From Piromyces finnis finn (Eukaryota; Fungi; Neocallimastigomycota), in assembly GCA_002104945.1 (NCBI GenBank), contig MCFH01000019.1:186001-250000 (forward strand): DNA of 64,000 bases. The letters are read 5' to 3'. The translations under genes were made by a program, and so were the position numbers. Below the pieces are notes generated by a model. It ran no database searches, was not told the origin of the DNA, and saw nothing but the letters and a program-made list of their open reading frames with translations. How positions within the stretch are numbered: the first letter of the stretch is position 1; every line of letters begins with the position of its first letter. Below, in pieces: positions 10,931-21,800 of the stretch.

Positions 10931-13488
10931 TTTTAAATTGTAATATAATTTAATAGAAAAAATAACCAAAAAGAGAAATTATATATTAACAGCATAATAT
11001 AAATTATTAATATTTTAATTATGAAAGGGTGGTAAATGTTATAAATGTTATATTATCAAAGTCAAGTAATTTAATTATTATCAAATAAATACTTTTTTAA
11101 AATAATTTGAAAATTTATTAAAATAAAAAAAAAAGTATAAAAGAAAAAAAAAAGGAATCAAATAAATTTAAAAAATCATGTTATCCATGAAAAGAAAGAA
11201 ATATAAAAAGAATTTAACAAAAAACAAAAAAAACAAAAAAAGATAATTCAAATGAATTTATTTCATAATTATCATTTTATATAGTATTGTTATAGCTTTA
11301 TAATATTTTAATATTCATTCAAATATTATAATATTATATCGTTATAATGATTTTAAACTTATCAACAACGAGAACCCACACGTCTAGTATTAGACATGCA
11401 CTGCAATCACTTTATCTCTTTTACTTTTTGTTAGCTAACTTGGATAACTTTTAATGTAGACAGATGCAGCAAATGCAGCAAATGCATGCAAATGCAAGCA
11501 AATGCAGCCAGCTAATAATTTAGCTAAATATGAAAAAAAAAGCTGTCTAGTTTTTATGCAAAACAACATGTCTAGTATTAGACATGTACAGCAATCTTTC
11601 TTGCAACTCTATTTTATAAGTTAATAATATGATAATAATAATACAATAATAATAATACAATTATAATAATGAATATATTTCTACAATATATAGACAGATG
11701 CAGCAAATAATAATCACTATAAATGCTCTATTTTATATATAAATTATTATATATAAATTATTATATATAAATTATTTATTTAAAGCTGTCTAGTTTTGTT
11801 TAAATATTTAATCAATTAATCATTGATAACAATATAATGAAATTGTAGTATTTGTTAAAATTTATAAATATTTAATAATTTTCCCTTCTAATATTCAGTA
11901 ACTCGAACTCTAAGAAATTCTTTTCTAATCTAGTCAAAAAAAGAAGAAAAAATAAATCTGAATTCCTATATGGCAAATGGCTCATTAAATTAATCTCAAA
12001 AGCATACTATCTAGATATACTAAAGATATACAATCAAAGATTTATGAATATGACTTTAAAACTACCTTAAAATAAAAAGTACATCGGCAAGATAAATCAT
12101 GAAATGGACAACACCTTAACTAAACAATTAAAAAAATGTTTATTATTATATATTTATATAATTTTAATAATACTATTATTATATTATATGATATTGATTT
12201 TCTAATTTTATTAATTTTACTGAATTTTTACATTTAATTCATATAATCTTATAAATGGAAATAGTTGATCTAGTTAATTTCTATTTTAATAATTAAATAT
12301 GAATTGATTTTAAAAATATATTCATATTTTGTTTTTTTTATAACCATCTCACTTGGATGTTTATAAGTATTTTTAATTAATTTGAATAAAATACTAATTA
12401 AAATATTAATAAAAAAAAAAAACAATGTAATTGAATAATTAAAAAAATGAATATCAATAAAAATATATAAATTTAAAAAAAAAATCATTAGAATATTAGT
12501 AATATTTTTTTATTTATAAATAAATTGAATACTTCTTTTGTTTTGTGTGTGTGTAGGTGTGGTGTGTATTAATATTTTATATTTTAGTTTTTATTTTTAT
12601 ATATAGAAATAATTTTTTAATAATATTTATATAACAAAAAAAAATAGTTTAAAATACTTTCTTAAAGTTATTTATATTCGTTATTGTTATTATTATTGAT
12701 GTTATTATTGATATTATTATTATTATTTACTTTTTTTTCTTTCTCCTTTTTCCATTTATTTTTTAATTATTAAAAAATAAAGGAATAATCTTGCTTTTAT
12801 ACCAATATTCACTTATGAATCTATAGGTATTTTAAATTAATTTGAGGAAAAGTACTAATATAAATATTTTTAACAAAAAAATCAATATAACTGAATATTT
12901 AAAAGAAGAGTATATCAATAAAAATATCATTTTAATAAAATATTTAAAAATATATTTAAAAAAATATTTAAAAAACATGAATAAATGAAATATTAATGGT
13001 TTATGTGTATATATTAATGGTTTTAAATTGCATCTTTATTAACAAATATTATTTAAGTATTAATTTTATTTTATTTTATTTTTATACTTATTATGTATAA
13101 TGTATTATAGAATGAAAATAATATAATATATATAATTTTTTTATATTAACAATAATTAGATACTAATAGAAATACTAATTGAAAATAAAAGAAAACACTA
13201 TTTTTAAACTATATTTTATTTAATTAAAATGTAAATTTCACCTTTTTTTTTGTAAGTAAAATTTCTATATTAAAAAAGGAAGTTATTTCATTATATATTT
13301 ATAAATACAATTCATAAATACACATAATTTTTAACAGAAAAGGTTATATAATGTTATTTTCGAAAAAAAAAATAAAAAATAAGCAAAAAGTAAATAAAAA
13401 AAACTATTTTTTACAAATATAAAAAATTAACCCTTTTATTTATATAAACCATTAATCCTTTTGATATATTAATAACATTTTTATAACT
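10931..13488 (+). repeat. Arm 3 (complete, uninterrupted reference arm)
   Basis: Bounded by S2 and inverted S1; matches all the other arms. Confidence 0.92.
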
Positions 13489-13754
13489 CTCTTTAATAAA
13501 AAATATTTATTTGAAATTTTTACTATACCACTATATTCCTTAATTTATATTTTAATTTTTCTTAACCACAAATTCTAATTTATTATTGACATTAGTATAA
13601 TCAAAATGTTATTATATATTAAAGCTGATATGAGTAAAAGATCAATATTAAAAGATTATTTGAATTATCACATATTGTAATATTGCAATGAAGATGAAAA
13701 AAAAGAATTAAAAAATTTAGTTTAAATTTTTATAAAAGTCTTACTATATATAAA

Positions 13755-16312
13755 AATTATAATATTATAATAACAAAAGGATTAATGGTTTATATAAATA
13801 AAAGGGTTAATTTTTTATATTTTTAAAAAATAGTTTTTTTTATTTACTTTTTGTTTATTTTTTATTTCTTTTTTCGAAAATAACATTATATAACCTTTTC
13901 TGTTAAAAATTATGTGTATTTATGAATTGTATTTATAAATATATAATGAAATAACTTCCTTTTTTAATATAGAAATTTTACTTACAAAAAAAAGGTGAAA
14001 TTTACATTTTAATTAAATAAAATATAGTTTAAAAATAGTGTTTTCTTTTATTTTCAATTAGTATTTCTATTAGTATCTAATTATTGTTAATATAAAAAAA
14101 TTATATATATTATATTATTTTCATTCTATAATACATTATACATAATAAGTATAAAAATAAAGTAAATAAAATTAATACTTAAATAATATTTTTTAATAAA
14201 GATGCAATTTAAACCCATTAATAAATACACCTAAACCATTAACATTTCATTTATTCATGTTTTTTAAATATTTTTTTAAATATATTTTTAAATATTTTAT
14301 TAAAATGATATTTTTATTGATATACTCTTCTTTTAAATATTCAGTTATATTGATTTTTTTTTAAAAATCTTTATATTAGTACTTTTTTTCAAGTCAATTT
14401 AAAATACCTATAGATTCATAAGTGAATATTGGTATAAAAGCAAGATTATTCCTTTATTTTTTAATAATTAAAAAATAAATGGAAAAAGGAGAAAGAAAAA
14501 AAAGTAAATAATAATAATAATATCAATAATAACATCAATAATAATAACAATAACGAATATAAATAACTTTAAGAAAGTATTTTAAACTATATATTTTTTT
14601 TTCGTTATATAAATATTATTAAAAGATTATTACTATATATAAAAATAAAAATTAAAATATAAAATATTAATACACACCACACCTACACACACACAAAACA
14701 AAAGAAGTATTCAATTTATTTATAAATAAAAAAATATTACTAATATTCTAATGATTTTTTTTTAAATTTATATATTTTTATTGATATTCATTTTTTTAAT
14801 TATTCAATTACATTGTTTTTTTTTATAAATATTTTAATTAGTATTTTATTCAAATTAATTAAAAATACTTATAAACATCCAAGTGAGATGGTTATAAAAA
14901 AAACAAAATATGAATATATTTTTAAATCAATTCATATTTAATTATTAAAATAGAAATTAACTAGGTCGATCGACTATTTCCATTTATTAGATTATATGAA
15001 TTAAATGTAAAAATTCAGTAAAATTAATAAAATTAAAAAATCCAATATCATATAATATAATAATAGTATTATTAAAATTATATAATTATATAATAATAAA
15101 CATTTTTTTAATTGTTTAGTTATGGTGTTGTCCATTTCATGATTTATCTTGCCGATGTACTTTTTATTTTAAGGTAGTTTTAAAGTCATATTCATAAATC
15201 TTTGATTGTATATCTTTAGTATATCCATGAGAGTATGCTTTTGAGATTAATTTAATGAGCCATATATCATATAGGAATTCAGATTTATTTTTTCTTCTTC
15301 TTTTTTTGACTAGATTAGAAAAGAATTTCTTAGAGTTCGAGTTACTGAATATTAGAAGGGCAAATTATTAAATATTTATAAATTTTAACAAATACTACAA
15401 TTTCATTATATTGTTATCAATGATTAATTGATTATACATTTAAACAAAACTAGACAGTTTAAATAAATAATTTATATATAATAATTTATATATAATAATT
15501 TATATATAAAATAGAGCATTCATAGTGATTAATTATTTGCTGCATCTGTCTATATATTGTAGAAATATATTCATTATTATTATTGTATTATTATTATTGT
15601 ATTATTATTATCATATTATTAACTTATAAAATAGAGTTGCAAGAAAGATTGCTGTACATGTCTAATACTAGACATGTTGTTTTGCATAAAAACTAGACAG
15701 CTTTTTTTTTCATATTTAGCTAAATTATTAGCTGGCTGCATTTGCTTGCATTTGCATGCATTTGCTGCATTTGCTGCATCTGTCTACATTAAAAGTTATC
15801 CAAGTTAGCTAACAAAAAGTAAAAGAGATAAAGTGATTGCAGTGCATGTCTAATACTAGACGTGTGGGTTCTCGTTGTTGATAAGTTTAAAATCATTATA
15901 ACGATATAATATTATAATATTTGAATGAATATTAAAATATTATAAAGCTATAACAATACTATAAAATGATAATTATGAAATAAATTCATTTGAATTATCT
16001 TTTTTTGTTTTTTTTGTTTTTTGTTAAATTCTTTTTATATTTCTTTCTTTTCATGGATAACATGATTTTTTAAATTTATTTGATTCCTTTTTTTTTTCTT
16101 TTATACTTTTTTTTTTATTTTAATAAATTTTCAAATTATTTTAAAAAAGTATTTATTTGATAATAATTAAATTACTTGACCTTGACAATATGACATTTAT
16201 AACATTTACCACCCTTTCATAATTAAAATATTAATAATTTATATTATGTTGTTAATATATAATTTCTCTTTTTGGTTATTTTTTCTATTAAATATAATTA
16301 AAGTTTAATTAT
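13755..16312 (-). repeat. Arm 4 (inverted; carries the empty site of the LINE insertion)
   Basis: Reverse complement of arms 1 and 3. Shares diagnostic alleles with arm 1 (ctctcatgga, gtcgatcgac, aattgacttg). Confidence 0.92.
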
Positions 16313-16653
16313 TTTATATTATTAATTAGTATAGTCTTACACCAAAAAATAATTATTATAATAATAATAAAAATGTTTCAGGTAATCCTTTTAATAATTA
16401 TTTTTTATTCATGAAAAGATAAAAGTTTATATATTTTATATATATAATGAAATTTTTATTGTACACAAATTTAAAAGTAAATATATAAAAAATATATAAT
16501 ATATTTATTAAATTTATTAAATAAAAAAAAAAAAACATTTTCATTTTGTTAATTCAATATACTATTAATGATTAATGTAAATAACGAATTTAAATTTTGT
16601 AGTTAATAAAAATTAGTGAATTGAGGTGGTAGAGTTAAAATTTTAAATTTAAT

Positions 16654-18472
16654 TTTTAAATTGTAATATAATTTTATAGTAAGAATTAAAACAAAAAGAG
16701 AAATTATATATTATAAATTATAAATTATTAATATTTTAATTATGAAAGGGTGGTAAATGTTATAAATGTTATATTATCAAAGTCAAGTAATTTAATTATT
16801 ATCAAATAAATACTTTTTTAAAATAATTTGAAAATTTATTAAAATAAAAAAAAAGTATAAAAGAAAAAAAAAAGGAATCAAATAAATTTAAAAAATCATG
16901 TTATCCATGAAAAGAAAGAAATATAAAAAGAATTTAACAAAAAACAAAAAAACAAAAAAAGATAATTCAAATGAATTTATTTCATAATTATCATTTTATA
17001 GTATTGTTATAGCTTTATAATATTTTAATATTCATTCAAATATTATAATATTATATCGTTATAATGATTTTAAATTTATCAACAACGAGAACCCACACGT
17101 CTAGTATTAGACATGCACTGCAATCACTTTATCTCTTTTACTTTTTGTTAGCTAACTTGGATAACTTTTAATGTAGACAGATGCAGCAAATGCAGCAAAT
17201 GCAGCAAATGCATGCAAATGCAAGCAAATGCAGCCAGCTAATAATTTAGCTAAATATGAAAAAAAAAAGCTGTCTAGTTTTTATGCAAAACAACATGTCT
17301 AGTATTAGACATGTACAGCAATCTTTCTTGCAACTCTATTTTATAAGTTAATAATATGATAATAATAATACAATAATAATAATACAATAATAATAATGAA
17401 TATATTTCTACAATATATAGACAGATGCAGCAAATAATAATCACTATAAATGCTCTATTTTATATATAAATTATTATATATAAATTATTATATATAAATT
17501 ATTTATTTAAAGCTGTCTAGTTTTGTTTAAATATTTAATCAATTAATCATTGATAACAATATAATGAAATTGTAGTATTTGTTAAAATTTATAAATATTT
17601 AATAATTTTCCCTTCTAATATTCAGTAACTCGAACTCTAAGAAATTCTTTTCTAATCTAGTCAAAAAAAGAAGAAAAAATAAATCTGAATTCCTATATGG
17701 CAAATGGCTCATTAAATTAATCTCAAAAGCATACTATCTAGATATACTAAAGATATACAATCAAAGATTTATGAATATGACTTTAAAACTACCTTAAAAT
17801 AAAAAGTACATCGGCAAGATAAATCATGAAATGGACAACACCATAACTAAACAATTAAAAAATGTTTATTATTATATAATTATATAATTTTAATAATACT
17901 ATTATTACATTGTATGTTATTGAATTTTCTAATTTTATTACAGTTGATTCATATAAAATAAAAAGAAATAGTTGACCTAATTAATTTCTATTTTAATAAT
18001 TAAATATGAATTAATTTTAAAAATATATTCATATTTTTGTTTTTTTTATAACCATCTCACTTGGGTGTTTATAAGTATTTTTAATTAACTTGGAAAAAGT
18101 ACTAATTAAAATATTTATAACAAAAAGCAATGTAATTGAATAATTAAAAAAAATGAATATCAATAAAAATATATAAATTTAAAAAAAAATCATTAGAATA
18201 TTAGTAATATTTTTTTATTTATAAATAAATTGAATACTTCTTTTGTTTTGTGTGTGTAGGTGTGGTCTGTATTAATATTTTATATTTTAGTTTTTATTTT
18301 TGTTGTTATTTAAAATATTTTATAATAATAATATTTCATATACATATGGAATTATTTTTTAATAATTTATAGAACAAAAAAAAAAAATAGTTTAAAATAC
18401 TTTCTTAAAGTTATTTATATTCGTTATTGTTATTATTTGATGTTATTATTTATTTTTTTCTTTCTCCTTTTC
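16654..18472 (+). repeat. Arm 5 (partial, increasingly diverged beyond ~17940)
   Basis: Matches arm 3 for ~1.8 kb, then runs into unique T-rich sequence. Confidence 0.88.
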
Positions 18473-18843
18473 TTTTTTTTTTTTTTTTTTTTTTTCAGTT
18501 TTTATCTTTTTATTTATTTATTCTATTTATTTTATTTTTTTCTTTCTTTCTATTTTTGATTTTATTTTTAATTGATAAAAGTATGTATTCGAAATTTATT
18601 TATTTATTATTCTTTGTTTTTTTATCAAAAAATTATTAAATAACAAATAAATAAATAAAAAGAAAAAAAAAATAAAAATAAAAAGAAAGAGAAAAAAAAA
18701 AAAGTTAAAAAAAAAAAAAGAAAAAAATAGAAAAAATTATTTACTAAATATAAATATAAATTTAGAATGAAATATAATGTTAAATTTTTTTTTAAAAAAA
18801 AAAATAAAAATTATATATATATTATAAACTAATTAAAATTAAA

Positions 18844-21800
18844 TTAATTTTTAAATGGATTATATCCAGGTTTGGCGGTTTTAAAGGTATTGGTAGTAGC
18901 ATCAGTAGCTTGAGTATTATTTGTTTTGATAGTATAGAAACTTTCGGCAGCAGAAGCCATACTACTAGTATCATTAAAAATATTTTGTATTGGACTGTCG
19001 TAGTCATTTCTTTTACCTGATGTTTTAACAGTATGGAAACTTTCGGCGGCAGAAGCCATACTACTAGTATCATTAAAAATATTTTGTACTGGACTGTCGT
19101 AGTCATTTCTTTTACCTGATGTTTTAACAGTATGGAAACTTTCGGCGGCAGAAGCCATACTACTAGTATCATTAAAAATATTTTGTACTGGACTGTCGTA
19201 GTCATTTCTTTTACCTGATGTTTTAACAGTATGGAAACTTTCGGCGGCAGAAATAAAACTATTGGTATCATTAAAAATGTTTTGGGATAAAGGTGAGATA
19301 CCTTCATTATCATTTCTACTGATTTCTGATGCATAAGAATTTCTTAAGAATGGATTAGTAAATTGACTGCCAACTGAAGCTGCTCTACTAATAAAGCTAT
19401 CATCAGCAGCGGATTGGAATGTTGTTGTACTTTTAATACTATCACTATGCATTATCGAATGAGGATTTCCTAATGATAAATTATCCATAGTTGGTGAAAC
19501 GACATTAGCTGAAGAGGGTAAGGATTGACTTGTCAATTGTGCTGAATTTATACTATAAAAGTTTGAACTACCAGCGGAAGAAAATTGACTACCACTACGA
19601 GAAATTATATTTTCAACTTTAATTGGTGAGGTAACTGGATTGACGCAGGAATGGAAGGAATTAATGGAGATATTGTCATTATTTGGATCATTGTATGAGA
19701 ATGACGTATGGGCAACCTCACTTGTATTATCACGTTCAACATTAGAAAAGTTAAAATCAGTAGGGACATTGTTAAATTTTCTTGTGGATTCCTTTTCGTC
19801 TAACATATCAGATGTAGCTGAATAGTAGGAAGTTCCTCCCGTCTTAACACTAGATTTTGAACCATTACAATTTGGCGTACGGAACACATTGTTCGGTTTA
19901 GGTAGTGGAGGAACAAAGAATGGATCATTTTCTAAATCAAATTCTTCCATCTTCATGTCGTCTATTGGATTAGAAGTTACTGAAGAAGCAGCTGAAAAAT
20001 ATGAAGTTTGATCACTTTCATTATTATATTTATTTTGAAGGTTATTTTGGAATTGACGGTACTTTTGTTTAATATCATCCAAACGCTCAGAATAATTGGA
20101 AGTACTGGTACTTGAACTATTCAAGGTATTTTTGGTTTTGGATGTACGGAATGAGAAATCGGATGAATTATCATTGGTCAAATTTTTAGAGGCAAACTCC
20201 GGTGTTGGTGGAGGAATAGCATCTTCATCAAAGAGTAATTCATTAAATTGAGGACGTTCCTTAAAGGTATCTGAGTCAATTTTAAGAGGATCAATACTCA
20301 TTAAGGAAGCCTTACTTTGTTTACCAAGTAGTGGCTTTTTGTATATATTTCTAATATTATTTTCCGGAAATTCCGGTATTTCAAAGCTCGTATCTTTTTT
20401 AGCACTACTAAAGGATGCTTCTGCAAGAGGAGGAAGTTCATCATTCTCAACACCATTTTTAACAGTACTACTAGTGCTATTACTACGAATGGAAATACGA
20501 TTGATAACAGGTGCTTCTTTAATTGCCTTATCAGCTAATAATTCATTTTCCTTCTTATGATCGGAAGGGAAAGTATTATCATTTCTGGCTTGTTTATCTA
20601 ATTGTTTTATTGTGTCATTAGAAAATATTGAACTGGAAGAAGTGTTATTGATATGATGTGTTTTATTATCAGGAATCATATCATAATTCTTTGAATTTCT
20701 ATTCTTTATCTTTGTAATAAATGGTGCTATATAAGGAATTGACTTTCTATTCTTTTCCAACTTAACATCCATTTCATTATCAATGAGTTCGTGATTAACT
20801 TCATCTTCGTTTGATGGACTATCAGTGAGCATTTGATTAACAACAATGATTTGTTGAGGATAAGGCTTTGGAATATTCTTTGTTTGTACAAGTCCAGCTT
20901 TAGCATCATTACTAACGTTTTGGTTCTTGCTTGAAAGAAGGGGAGCCTTACTATTTTTGTAAAGAACTTCACTAGGTGGAACAATTTCCTCTAAGCTTCC
21001 ATCGACATATTTATGAGCAGCCAACTTTTCACTTCCAAATAAAGTACTTTCATTAGTATAAGCAGGTGATGTAATATTTTTTGAATTTTCGTCAACCATA
21101 GTAGCACTGGTATCCTTAAGTTGAGTGTAATTATTATTTGTAGTAGTATCGGCATTGCGAACTTCGTTAGTTTTATTAGAATGTTCCGTTTTGATAATTA
21201 AACTTTTTTGAGATAAATTTGATTGAGTAGTAAATTTACTACTGAAGCTTTGCTTACTTTCAAGAGTTACATTACTAAATCTACTATTACTATTTCTAAT
21301 ACCTACATTTAAATCAATATCAAAATCTTCGTCACTTAATTTAAATTCTTCCCTTGAACTATGAATAGATTGTATAGATTGATCTCTATTCTTTTTCTTT
21401 TTCACCATAAAAAGAAGAGAAGCTAAAATTGCCAACAATACAAAAACACCAATACCAATTAAAATAGGCATATAATTAAATTTGTCTTTATCATTCATTT
21501 TAGCACTTTCAGCATTTTGAACAATTTTATTTGTTTCACCAAAGATATCTTTAGAAATAATATCTTTAGAAAGGGTATCATTACAATATACATTGCCATT
21601 AGCATAAAGGCGATCATTAAAAATCACTGGTGCTGAAATAAATGATGATCCAGCAGCTACAACACCAATAGATTTAATTTTTTGAATATTGAAATTCTTA
21701 TCATATTGATAGAAATTAATACCATCCTTTGTAGATGAGATAAAACTCCTATCCTTTACAAGTACAATGGAATCTTTAGAACAGGCAACAGTTTTATTTT

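Larger units (their letters stand above)
1..18472. repeat. Array of alternating ~2.55-kb inverted arms with two loop types (nested giant palindromes, ~5.72-kb period), interrupted by a LINE at 1477-7150; probably continues upstream of the window
   Basis: The block cttttactttttgttagctaacttggataac...gcagcaaatgc occurs on + at 1, 11418 and 17138, and as its reverse complement ending at 10099 and ~15824. Positions 7151/14366 and 10091/11426 both sum to 21517, giving a symmetry centre at ~10758. Similarity fades out at ~18472. Confidence 0.95.

Noticed and set aside
12270-12488. 72-aa ORF in arm 3 (and 18427-18639)
   Set aside because: Low-complexity F/I/K/N translation of AT-rich repeat; the frame is not evidently preserved across arms.
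7151-18472. Palindromic array as a pure assembly or amplification artefact
   Set aside because: The arms differ by many shared, patterned SNPs and indels, the loops are asymmetric, and a LINE occupies only one arm. It still needs read-level confirmation.
18822-20984. Overlapping ORFs 18822-19334, 19640-19825, 20339-20560 and 20727-20984
   Set aside because: Shadows of the 1350-aa gene; the repetitiveness of the first comes from the 99-bp repeat.
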